Of a stretch of DNA of 27,660 nt, positions 1 to 8,144 are shown one piece after another. Source of the stretch: a virus (lineage: Duplodnaviria; Caudoviricetes). The notes beneath the pieces were generated by a model. The model saw nothing but the letters and a program-made list of their open reading frames with translations, ran no database searches and was not told where the DNA came from. The stretch lies in IMG/VR virus record IMGVR_UViG_3300048606_000147, positions 1 through 27,660 of that record; one strand, 5' to 3'. Numbering within the stretch: the stretch's first letter is position 1; every line of letters starts with the position of its first letter. The translations under genes and the position numbers were made by a program.

Positions 1-3
1 GAG

Positions 4-291
4 CGGCCTCTGACGGGGGTTTGCGAATTTATCCAGCTCGTCCAGAGGCCGGGCTGGAAAGTGTGTACTGTCTCGCCAGACAAGAGGGGCTGCGGCCCCG
101 TTGAGACGTCAAGGGAAGCGCGGCGCCGGCTCGACGAGCCTGGGCACCCGATGGTCATCCGGGCACCGCGCAAGTAGTCGGCCCACCTCGCCCGATGGCA
201 GGCACAGCCGCTACTGACTCAGGTCCATGAACCTGGGTCGGTGGCGGCTTTCGCCGTTTCGGCCAACCGCCTCCGACCCCCAACGGAGGCG
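4..291 (+). promoter_or_regulatory. Structured leader upstream of the major capsid gene (several hairpins; SD in a stem)
   Basis: Stems 4-12/43-51, 86-99, 206-224/231-249 (19 bp, 3 G-U) and 268-275/284-291 (8 bp perfect, contains GGAGG at 285-289). Confidence 0.55.
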
Positions 292-293
292 CC

Positions 294-1631
294 ATGCCCT
301 ACGCAAGGAATCAAATCCAGGAGTTGCGCGAACAGCGCCGGAAGCTCGGTGAGCAGATGCGCGAGATCACCGCGAAGGCGCGGACCGAGAAGCGCGATCT
401 CTCGACGGAAGAGGACACGAAGTTCAACGCGATGCACGAGGACGGCCTGAAGCTCCTCCGCGAGATCGAGCGCGAGGAGAAGGTCTCGGGCATCCTGACC
501 GACGTGGAAGTCTCGCGCCGGAGCGCCGCGGCCGTCGATCCCGATGGCGAGGTCCCCACCGGCGAGAGCCCCGATGCCGGCGAGCCCGAGGGCGCCGCCG
601 ACGCCGCGCGGGCGATGAAGGACGCGGGCAAGGGCGTCCGCGACACGAAGAAGTACACCGAGCTCTTCCAGCGCTACCTGGTGGCCGAATCGCGCTTCGC
701 GGCCGACCAGATCGCCGGGCGGGCTCACCAGCTGCGCCTCGAGCAGCGCGACCTCTCGGTCGGCAGCGACACCCAGGCGGGTTTCCTGGTGCCGCCCGAG
801 CAGTTCGTCATGGAGCTCCTCAAGAATCTCGACGACCAGACCATGGTTCGGGGGATGGCGCGGACCTTTCAGGTGCCGATGGCGAAGAGCCTCGGCGTCC
901 CGAAGCGGACGAGCAAGGCGTCGACCTGGATCTGGGGCAGCGAGATCTCGCCGCCGGCGAAGGACACGAGCCTCGCCTTCGGGAAGCGCGAGCTGCACCC
1001 GAAGAACGCCTCCGGTCTGATCCTCGTCTCGCGCGACTTCCTGCGCCAGGCGCTGATGGGACCCGAGGGCATCGTGCGCGAGGAGATCGCGCGCGACGGC
1101 TCGGAGCTCCAGGAGAACGCCTTCCTGACGGGCAGCGGCGCCGGCCAGCCGCTCGGGATGTTCATCGCCTCGGTGGACGGCATCTCGACCGCGCGGGACA
1201 TCTCGGCCGGGAACACCACGACCGAGGTCACGCTCACCGGGCTGCGCAACGCGAAGTACAACCTGAAGCCTGCCTACTGGCCGAAGGCCGAGTGGCTGGG
1301 CTCCCGGACCTTCCACAAGCAGCTCTACTCGATGGACGACGGTGTCGGTCGCCCGATCTTCGTCGAGAGCGTCCGCGTCGGTGAGGTCGATCGCGTCCTC
1401 TCCTTCCCGGTGCACATCGACGAGTTCGCGCCGAACACCTTCACCACGGGCCAATACGTCGCGATGCTCGCCGACTTCCAGTACTACTGGATCGCCGACG
1501 CCCTCGACATCGAGATCCAGCGCCTCGACGAGCTCTACGCGCTCTCCAACCAGGTCGGCTTCGTCGCCCGTCTGAAGACGGACGGCATGCCGGTCCTCGA
1601 GGAGGCCTTCACCCGCGTGAAGCTCGGCTGA
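294..1631 (+). CDS. Major capsid protein, HK97 family
   Basis: 445 aa; coiled-coil N-terminal delta-like domain, 'AGFLVPPEQF', 'FLTGSGAGQPLG', 'ADFQYYWIAD', 'NQVGFVARLKTDGMPVLEEAF'; SD GGAGG. Confidence 0.95.
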   Translation: MPYARNQIQELREQRRKLGEQMREITAKARTEKRDLSTEEDTKFNAMHEDGLKLLREIEREEKVSGILTDVEVSRRSAAAVDPDGEVPTGESPDAGEPEGAADAARAMKDAGKGVRDTKKYTELFQRYLVAESRFAADQIAGRAHQLRLEQRDLSVGSDTQAGFLVPPEQFVMELLKNLDDQTMVRGMARTFQVPMAKSLGVPKRTSKASTWIWGSEISPPAKDTSLAFGKRELHPKNASGLILVSRDFLRQALMGPEGIVREEIARDGSELQENAFLTGSGAGQPLGMFIASVDGISTARDISAGNTTTEVTLTGLRNAKYNLKPAYWPKAEWLGSRTFHKQLYSMDDGVGRPIFVESVRVGEVDRVLSFPVHIDEFAPNTFTTGQYVAMLADFQYYWIADALDIEIQRLDELYALSNQVGFVARLKTDGMPVLEEAFTRVKLG

Positions 1632-1683
1632 TCCACCGGCGCTCGATCACGAACACGAACCCAGGTCAACCAGGAGAGAGAAC

Positions 1684-2136
1684 ATGCAGCTCACCAACCT
1701 GATCAAGACGCAGCGAATCAAGCCGGACGGCAGCGGCTTCGGCGTCGCGGCGGGGACCTCGGACCTCACGTCCGACGTCATCGACACCGCCGGCTACGAG
1801 GGGGTCCGCATCCTCCTCGGCTTCGGCGTCATCACCACGGGCGCCCTCACCAGCGCGAAGGTCGCGCAGTGCGACACCTCGGGCGGCAGCTACGCCGACC
1901 TCGAGGGCACGAAGGTGACCGTCGCCGACGATGACGACAGCCAGGTCGTCGTCATCGACATCCACCGGCCTCGGGAGCGTTACCTCGAGGTCCTCATCGA
2001 CCGCGGCACGCAGAACGCCGTCGTCGACTTCTGCATCGTCGAGTACTACGGCTCGAGCACCATCCCGGCCGCCAACTCCGACGCCACTGTCGTCGCCACC
2101 GAGCTCCACGTGTCGCCCGCCGAGGGCACGGCCTGA
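1684..2136 (+). CDS. Putative capsid cement/decoration protein (small beta-sandwich)
   Basis: 150 aa, beta-rich, 'SDVIDTAGYEGV...RPRERYLEV'; directly after MCP; SD AGGAG. Confidence 0.6.
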   Translation: MQLTNLIKTQRIKPDGSGFGVAAGTSDLTSDVIDTAGYEGVRILLGFGVITTGALTSAKVAQCDTSGGSYADLEGTKVTVADDDDSQVVVIDIHRPRERYLEVLIDRGTQNAVVDFCIVEYYGSSTIPAANSDATVVATELHVSPAEGTA

Positions 2137-2146
2137 CCTGACCCCT

Positions 2147-2190
2147 GAAGTGCGGGGGCGGCGCACCAGCACGCGCCGCTCCCGCTCTTC
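2147..2190 (+). promoter_or_regulatory. Intergenic 18-bp hairpin (stabiliser/terminator-like)
   Basis: gaagtgcgggggcggcgc pairs with gcgccgctcccgctcttc (one G-U, one mismatch), 8-nt loop; no clear U tract. Confidence 0.5.
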
Positions 2191-2210
2191 GTGCACGAGG
2201 AGCTTTCACC

Positions 2211-2621
2211 ATGGGAACGCATGCAAAGGTTTCGAAGACCCGCGACAAGCTGACCGTCGCGAGTGGCGGCGAGATCAACGTCGAGAGTGGCGGCGCCATA
2301 AAGGTCGCCGGCACCGATCTGACCGCGGTGCTAGCGAACGGCGTCGCCGGCGTCGCGGCCGGTTACAAGGTCGCGCGCGGCGAGACCGCGCTCGACGGCG
2401 GAAACCCGACCCCGGTCGCGCACGGCTTGACCACCTGCGTCGCCTTCGTCGCCACGCTCAAGGGCACCGCAGCCCCGGGCGTGGGCACGTCGATCCTGAC
2501 CGCCAACATCAACGGCGCGAACGTCGACGTCTACGCCTGGAAGGTGACCAGCAACACCGACCCCACGCTCGTCGCCTCGACTGGCACCGAGACGTTTTAC
2601 TGGGCCGCAATCGGCGTCTGA
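2211..2621 (+). CDS. Putative head fibre/decoration protein
   Basis: 136 aa Gly/Ala/Thr-rich, 'LTVASGGEINVESGGAIKVAG' beta-repeat start, C-terminal 'FYWAAIG'; SD GAGGAG. Confidence 0.55.
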   Translation: MGTHAKVSKTRDKLTVASGGEINVESGGAIKVAGTDLTAVLANGVAGVAAGYKVARGETALDGGNPTPVAHGLTTCVAFVATLKGTAAPGVGTSILTANINGANVDVYAWKVTSNTDPTLVASTGTETFYWAAIGV

Positions 2622-2625
2622 AGCG

Positions 2626-3216
2626 ATGAACGTCAACTGCAGAGTCACGCAGGTCACGATCCCACAAGGCGCTGTCGAGTCGGAAGTATTCGATATCGGC
2701 GGCGCGCACCACATCGCGTTTGCTCTTCTGGCGACGCACACCGGCTCGAATCTTGGAGTCCTGGTTGCGGCTGCCCAAGAGGGTCCATTCGCGGAGGGAG
2801 GCGTCAACATCGAGGCCACGGAGGGGCCACACGCACTCGCGGCGTCCGAGAACGCCCAGCTTGCGCCTTTTCGCTGGCTGAAACTCCTCTCGAGCTCTCC
2901 ATTCGAGCCGCCGGAGGAGAACGAGTACTCGTCGGCCACTCAGGCGCTCGCTGGCGCCGGGCAGATCCAACTCGGCAATCCCAACGTAGGCGACGGTCTG
3001 ATCGTGGCCGGCGACACCTTCATCGCCGGGGGACATGCGACGGTCTACACCATCACCAACGCTGATCCGGTGAGCGTCGCCGGCGATGACCCGATCATCA
3101 CTTTCACGCCTGTGCTGGCGTTCAACGCCGAGGAGGACGACGTCCTGACCTTCTCCTTCGTGGGCGCCCGGGGCGAGCTGGCCGCTCGCACCGTCCAGGT
3201 CATCACGAAGGGCTGA
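2626..3216 (+). CDS. Virion accessory protein (beta-rich, apparent inserted domain)
   Basis: 196 aa, tightly packed in the head module, coding-like codon usage. Confidence 0.6.
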   Translation: MNVNCRVTQVTIPQGAVESEVFDIGGAHHIAFALLATHTGSNLGVLVAAAQEGPFAEGGVNIEATEGPHALAASENAQLAPFRWLKLLSSSPFEPPEENEYSSATQALAGAGQIQLGNPNVGDGLIVAGDTFIAGGHATVYTITNADPVSVAGDDPIITFTPVLAFNAEEDDVLTFSFVGARGELAARTVQVITKG

Positions 3217-3227
3217 ACAGGAGCCAC

Positions 3228-3503
3228 ATGGACAACATCCGCATGAAGACTCTCAGCGCCGGGCCCGCGGGCGTTCGCGCTCCGGGCTCGACGCATCTTC
3301 TTCCTCCGATCGAAGCCAAGCAGCTGGTCGAGGGCGGCTATGCCGAGTACGTCGAGGGCAAGCCGCTCGAAAAGGCGGTGACTCCTCCTCCGCCCCCGAC
3401 GACGCCGGTCACCCCGCCGGCCGAGAAGGCGGTGAAGACCCCGCCGGCCGGCACGAAGACCGCCACGGCGCCGGAGAATCCGAACCAGCGCAAGAAGCGG
3501 TAG
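3228..3503 (+). CDS. Small head-module protein with Pro/Thr/Lys-rich tail
   Basis: 91 aa; 'EAKQLVEGGYAEYV' typical of small genes preceding head-tail adaptors; SD AGGAG. Confidence 0.65.
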   Translation: MDNIRMKTLSAGPAGVRAPGSTHLLPPIEAKQLVEGGYAEYVEGKPLEKAVTPPPPPTTPVTPPAEKAVKTPPAGTKTATAPENPNQRKKR

Positions 3504-3506
3504 CCC

Positions 3507-4352
3507 ATGCTCGAGCGCTCCCTCGTCACGGTCCTCACACCGGCGGTGGCGAAAGCCATCGTTCCGATGGCGACCGTGCACGCGGAGCTCGAGCTCGGCG
3601 TCGACACCAGCCAGGACGCGAAGATCACCCGCTTGATCGGCGTCGCGACCGCCGAGTTCGCCGGCATGAACGGCCTGCAGAGACCGCTCCTCCGGCAGAC
3701 CTACCTCGAGCGGACCCGGCTCCACGACAACCGCGACCCGTGGAACGGCAGCGTTCTGTGCCTCACCCGCTGGCCGATCGAGTCGGTGACCTCGGTGACG
3801 GACGCCGGCGACAACCCGGAGACCGTCGACGCCTCCGAGTACTCGATCGCGCTCGAGCATCGGAGCGGGCTCTACCGCGAGCTCGGCTGGTCGAAGTGCT
3901 GGGACTACCTGGTGACGTACCCCGCCGGCTGGGTGCCGCCCGGCTCCGGGCCCGGCCTCGTGACCAGCTGGGTGGCCGCCACCGGCACCCTCGCCGGCGC
4001 CTTCGCGAAGCCGGCCGCGGCCGCGCAGGTCTCGAATCCCCTGCTCTTCGAATGCACCACCGCGGGCACGACGCACGTCAGCACCGAGCCGACCTGGCCG
4101 CTGGTCGTCGGGGGCACGGTCGTCGACGGCACGGTCACCTGGACGGCTCGGCCGGCGATGGAGCTCCCCGCGAACCTCCAGGAGGCCGCGATCGTGACCG
4201 TGAAGCAGTGGCTCGGCGGCGGGCTCGACATTCCCGCGGGTATCCAGTCGGAGTCCGCCGGCGGGCACTCCATCGCTTACGACTTCGTCGCCGCGCGCGC
4301 GGGCCTGACTCTCCCCCCCTATGCGATCAAGGTGCTGGGGAGCTACCGGTGA
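3507..4352 (+). CDS. Head-tail connector/adaptor (gp6-like) with inserted module
   Basis: 'DAKITRLIGVAT', 'LTRWPIESVTSV', 'VTYPAGW', 'LPANLQEAAIVTV', 'VLGSYR'; position before head closure gene. Confidence 0.8.
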   Translation: MLERSLVTVLTPAVAKAIVPMATVHAELELGVDTSQDAKITRLIGVATAEFAGMNGLQRPLLRQTYLERTRLHDNRDPWNGSVLCLTRWPIESVTSVTDAGDNPETVDASEYSIALEHRSGLYRELGWSKCWDYLVTYPAGWVPPGSGPGLVTSWVAATGTLAGAFAKPAAAAQVSNPLLFECTTAGTTHVSTEPTWPLVVGGTVVDGTVTWTARPAMELPANLQEAAIVTVKQWLGGGLDIPAGIQSESAGGHSIAYDFVAARAGLTLPPYAIKVLGSYR

Positions 4353-4717
4353 CCTTCGAAGCTCGAGCCCGGGCCTCCGCCTCGCGCCTGGTGAAGCACT
4401 TCTCCGGCGGGCAGCACTCGATCGCCTTCACGAAGGTGGGCGGCACGATGCCGGCGACCTCGAGGACGCTCACCCCGACCCAGGCCTCCATGACCCTGAA
4501 ATGCACCCGCCCGGCGCCATTTCAGAAGGAGCTGGTCGACGGCGAGCGCGTTCGGATCGACGACGTCCAGGTCCTGATCAGCAAGGGCGGGCCGGCTCGC
4601 ACCTTCGAGCTCGAGCCCGGGCTCTTCGCCACCGTCGACGGGAAGAGCTACAAAGTCGAGAACGTCCAGGACCTGGCGGGCGGCGACGTCGTGCACCTGC
4701 GGGGGAATCCGACGTGA
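4349..4717 (+). CDS. Head closure/stopper protein
   Basis: GTG overlapping upstream stop (GTGA); 122 aa; 'ELVDGERVRIDDVQVLI', 'VDGKSYKVENV'. Confidence 0.7.
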   Translation: MTFEARARASASRLVKHFSGGQHSIAFTKVGGTMPATSRTLTPTQASMTLKCTRPAPFQKELVDGERVRIDDVQVLISKGGPARTFELEPGLFATVDGKSYKVENVQDLAGGDVVHLRGNPT

Positions 4718-5097
4718 TCGGCATGGAAGTGAACGCCGACGCCTTCCGCGCCGAGCTCGCCAAGGAGCTCGAGGGCGCGGAGGAAGACGTCACCCGTTTC
4801 ACGAAGCGAGTCGCGAAGGAACTGCGCTCGCAGTGCGAGCAGAACTCCCCGCGCGGGAAGACCGGAAAGCTCGCGAAGAGCTGGGCGGTCTCGGCGGGCG
4901 CCTGGAACAAGAACCTGAAGGAGGGCTCGGATGCGCAGGCCGACGCGGCGCTTGCGGATCTGCGCCCCGGTCAGACCGTCTTCGTCCAGTCGAACGACTT
5001 CCGGGCGAGCTTCTTCGAGGACGGCACGGTGAACATGAGTCCTCGGCCGATCGTCGCGCCGGCGCTCGCCGCGGTCGAAGGGATGGAAGAGAAGTGA
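4714..5097 (+). CDS. HK97 gp10-like neck/tail completion protein
   Basis: GTGA overlap; 127 aa; 'SPRGKTGKLAKSW', 'FFEDGTVNMSPRPIVAPA'. Confidence 0.8.
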   Translation: MIGMEVNADAFRAELAKELEGAEEDVTRFTKRVAKELRSQCEQNSPRGKTGKLAKSWAVSAGAWNKNLKEGSDAQADAALADLRPGQTVFVQSNDFRASFFEDGTVNMSPRPIVAPALAAVEGMEEK

Positions 5098-5543
5098 GCT
5101 GGTCCGCCGTGCAGAACGCGATCCTGGCCCGGTTCGATGCGGTCTGCCCCGTGCCGCTCGCCCGCCGCGCGCTCGACTCCTTCAACGCGCCGAAGTTCGA
5201 CCCGCCGGCGATCGACACGGCGGCGCCGGCGAACTCGATCTGGATCCGCCCGACGATCAACCCCTACCCGGGCACGTCGCGGGCCTTCGGGCTGGCGCAG
5301 AACGCGAACAACTGGCGCGAGGGGCGGATCGTCCTGCAGGTTTTCTACCCGGCCGGCCTGGGCGAGGGGGCGTACCTCGACCCCGTCGTCGACGCGGCCG
5401 TGCTCGTTTTCCACCGCCAGTACCTGGGCGCGTCGGTGCGCTGCAAGGACTCTGAGGATCCGCTGCGGATCACCGAGACCGAGGACCCGGAGTGGGCCCA
5501 GATCAACGTCGTCACGCCGTACGTCGTCATCGAAGTCCTCTAA
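5094..5543 (+). CDS. Tail terminator-like protein
   Basis: GTGA overlap; 149 aa; 'GRIVLQVFYPAGLG', 'WAQINVVTPY'; upstream of tail tube. Confidence 0.75.
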   Translation: MSWSAVQNAILARFDAVCPVPLARRALDSFNAPKFDPPAIDTAAPANSIWIRPTINPYPGTSRAFGLAQNANNWREGRIVLQVFYPAGLGEGAYLDPVVDAAVLVFHRQYLGASVRCKDSEDPLRITETEDPEWAQINVVTPYVVIEVL

Positions 5544-5559
5544 CGGAAAGGACAACACC

Positions 5560-5775
5560 ATGCCCCAGATCACCTTCGACGTCACCGATGCGCAGCTCCT
5601 GCAGCTCGACAACCTGAACGCTGCCCGCAACGCGAAGCTCGCGGAGGGCGCGGAACCGCACTCGCGGGAGACCTTCGCCGCGCAGGCCTTCACGCCGGCG
5701 CTCGAAGCGGCGCTCGTCGCCGAGCCGCCCGCGGTCGCGGGGCCGAAGGGCAAGGGCAAGGGCAAGGGCAAGTAA
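5560..5775 (+). CDS. Small hypothetical protein with (GK)n C-terminus
   Basis: ATG after AAGGA; 71 aa MPQITFDV...GPKGKGKGKGK. Confidence 0.7.
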   Translation: MPQITFDVTDAQLLQLDNLNAARNAKLAEGAEPHSRETFAAQAFTPALEAALVAEPPAVAGPKGKGKGKGK

Positions 5776-5843
5776 CCCGCCAGCTCGAGCCCGCGATCGC
5801 CACGAAGTCATCCATCAACCCTGCAGCACGGAGGTAGACGCCA

Positions 5844-7046
5844 ATGTTTGGAACGTACGCAAAGGTCGGAATGTCGGAGGAGTCGAGCTACGGCGTGACG
5901 GCCGCCTCCGCGCTCCAGCTGGTCAACGTGAGCGGCATCAAGATGCCGCAGAACCGCAAGCGCGGGAAGCCGGACGTCCTCACGGGCGACCGGCGCCGCC
6001 ACCCGAGCCGCATCCTGCAGAAGTCCGGTCAGGGGCTCTCCATGCCGATGCCCTGGCAGTACGAGAACGACCTGATGCTGCTCGAGGGCCTGATGAACTC
6101 GACGCGCGGGTCGCTCGTCACCGTGACGGGGATCGACATCGAGTTCACCGAGGATACGGCAGACAAAGTCGAGTCGGCCGCCAACGCCTTCACCAACTTT
6201 CTCACCGGCGACATGATCTTCGTCACCGGCGTCGGCGCCGGCGCGAACGCCGGGCAGTGGATCGGCCCGATCGTCAAAGTCGACGCCGGCGAGCTGACGA
6301 TCCCCGACGGACAGATCGTCGACCAGGCCGCCGGCGCCACGGTGACGATGCGCACCCGTCGCCTCGTCGACGCCTCGACGCTCAAGAGCTACTCGGTCGA
6401 GTACGAGCTGACGAAGCTGACCACGATGTTCCGCAACGCGGTCGGCCAGCGGGTCGCCTCGGGCAAGTGGTCGTGGAAGCAGGGCGAGTTCGCGACCGCC
6501 GAGTACATGCTGACCGGGCAGGTGCCGTCGAAGGCCGCGGCTACGATCGGCACAGGCGCGCCGACCGCGGCGAAGACGACCGGCTTCCTGAACGCGGTCG
6601 ACGACCTGCGGCAGCTGTTCGTCGGGGGTTACGGAACCACCCTCAACGACATCCTCATGACCTCCTGGGACTTCTCCTTCGAGAACATGATGGAGCTGAT
6701 CTTCGGGCTCAAGAACGTCGGCCCGTCCCAGGTCGACGTGGGCGCCTTCGATGGCACCCTCGACGTGTCGATGATGATGAGCGACGACGTCAAGGACCTC
6801 ATCGACGCCTCCCAGGCAGACGAGAGCCTGTTCGCCTTCTGGGCTTCGACCGATCTGCAGGGGAACCACCTCTGCTGGTCGCTGCCCGCCCTCAAGTGCG
6901 ACGTCGACGACGTGCCGGTCGAGAAGGCCGACTCCATCGTCAGCGTCAACGCGAAGTTCTACGCCCACGATCCCGCGAAGGACTTCGACTCCCCGCTGGG
7001 CACTGCGATCCCCTACCAGGCGGGCATCTTCTTCTGCCCGGCCTGA
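5844..7046 (+). CDS. Major tail tube protein
   Basis: 400 aa; 'EESSYGVT', 'KSYSVEYE', 'DFSFEN', 'FDGTLDV'; between terminator and chaperone; SD GGAGGT. Confidence 0.8.
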   Translation: MFGTYAKVGMSEESSYGVTAASALQLVNVSGIKMPQNRKRGKPDVLTGDRRRHPSRILQKSGQGLSMPMPWQYENDLMLLEGLMNSTRGSLVTVTGIDIEFTEDTADKVESAANAFTNFLTGDMIFVTGVGAGANAGQWIGPIVKVDAGELTIPDGQIVDQAAGATVTMRTRRLVDASTLKSYSVEYELTKLTTMFRNAVGQRVASGKWSWKQGEFATAEYMLTGQVPSKAAATIGTGAPTAAKTTGFLNAVDDLRQLFVGGYGTTLNDILMTSWDFSFENMMELIFGLKNVGPSQVDVGAFDGTLDVSMMMSDDVKDLIDASQADESLFAFWASTDLQGNHLCWSLPALKCDVDDVPVEKADSIVSVNAKFYAHDPAKDFDSPLGTAIPYQAGIFFCPA

Positions 7047-7140
7047 CGCTTCGGAAGTGCAGGAGTTGTCCCCCTGAGCCACCAGGGTAAGGCCAGGGCG
7101 GCGGGTGTGCTCCGCCGCTCATCTTCGAAAGGACAACAGC

Positions 7141-7707
7141 ATGACGAAGGAACAGACCAGCATTCCCGCGGGCGATCAGGAGATCGCCGCGGCCGTCACC
7201 GCCGTCGCGGAAGCGGAAGCCAACGGGGCCGATCTGGCCCTGGGCGACGACTTCTTCGCGGATCTCGCCGAGCTCCAGCGCAAGGGCCAGAACGAGCGGG
7301 CCTTTGCCGACGGGCGCGACCTCTTCGACACCGAGCACCGTGAGCAGCTGGGGGTCTGGCGCCCCGTGCCGTTCCTCAAGGGCGCCGAGGTCCTCGTCGC
7401 GCACCAGACGGTCGCCGCCGAGAAGCGCGAGACGCTCGAGACCCGGTTCCGGGAGAAGCACAAGATCCAGATCGACCAGCCCCTCACCGCTAAGGCCCGC
7501 GAGGCCATCATGCGCGAGGCCTACTTCGGCACCATAGCCAAGGACTGGCGGGGCTTCGTCCTGGACGGGGCGCCGCTCCCCTTCACCGCCGAGAACTTCC
7601 GCAAGTACATGACGGTCCGGCGCTTCCGTCTGTTCCTGATCGGCTCCTCCAGCGACGCCGAGGCCTTCCGCGCCGATCGGGACGGGCAGCTCCGGGGAAA
7701 CTCCTAG
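7141..7707 (+). CDS. Tail assembly chaperone (gpG-like)
   Basis: 188 aa from ATG 7141 (SD AAGGA); 'KDWRGFVLDGAPLPFTAEN'; ends just after a slippery heptamer. Confidence 0.8.
   Translation: MTKEQTSIPAGDQEIAAAVTAVAEAEANGADLALGDDFFADLAELQRKGQNERAFADGRDLFDTEHREQLGVWRPVPFLKGAEVLVAHQTVAAEKRETLETRFREKHKIQIDQPLTAKAREAIMREAYFGTIAKDWRGFVLDGAPLPFTAENFRKYMTVRRFRLFLIGSSSDAEAFRADRDGQLRGNS
7695..7701 (+). other. -1 programmed ribosomal frameshift site G GGA AAC
   Basis: Canonical X XXY YYZ heptamer in the correct phase; -1 frame is open from the site through 8141. Confidence 0.85.
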
Positions 7708-8141
7708 GCCGCCTGCGGTGGGACGTCGTCGAGTGGGCGGAGCTCCCCGAAAGCGTCAGGAAGACGTGCTTGCTCCTGGCGAAGAGGGGAACTCCGCCCG
7801 ACGTCCTTCTCCGCCGCGTCGACTTTCTCCCGTCTGCCGAGCGCCTCTACAGGGGCTACTGGGAGATCGACAGGTCGGAGTGGGGCGTGCCGCTCATGTC
7901 GGGCATGCGGGCTGTGCTCGACGAGTACGGCTGGACCGATCCCTTCGAGCGCGGCGAGATCCGAGATCTCTGGCGCTCGATGCACCGGGAGGAGTCGAAG
8001 GCTCGCGACGAGAAACGCAAGGCGGCCGAAGAGGCCAAGGGCAGGGGCGAGGAGGGCACCTCGTCGAAGGGCGGCGTGCTGAAGCGCTTCTGGGACCGAA
8101 CGTTGGGCAAGCGCGGCACCGACGAGGACGACGAGGACTGA
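7701..8141 (+). CDS. Tail chaperone frameshift extension (gpT-like part of gpGT)
   Basis: -1 frame reads LLGRLRWDVVEW... straight into the 7770-8141 ORF; immediately precedes the tape measure gene. Confidence 0.8.
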   Translation, partial: LLGRLRWDVVEWAELPESVRKTCLLLAKRGTPPDVLLRRVDFLPSAERLYRGYWEIDRSEWGVPLMSGMRAVLDEYGWTDPFERGEIRDLWRSMHREESKARDEKRKAAEEAKGRGEEGTSSKGGVLKRFWDRTLGKRGTDEDDED

Positions 8142-8144
8142 GCG

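Noticed and set aside
5746-5772. (AAGGGC)4.5 tandem repeat as a phase-variation locus
   Set aside because: In-frame hexamer encoding a KG tail; slippage would not shift the frame.
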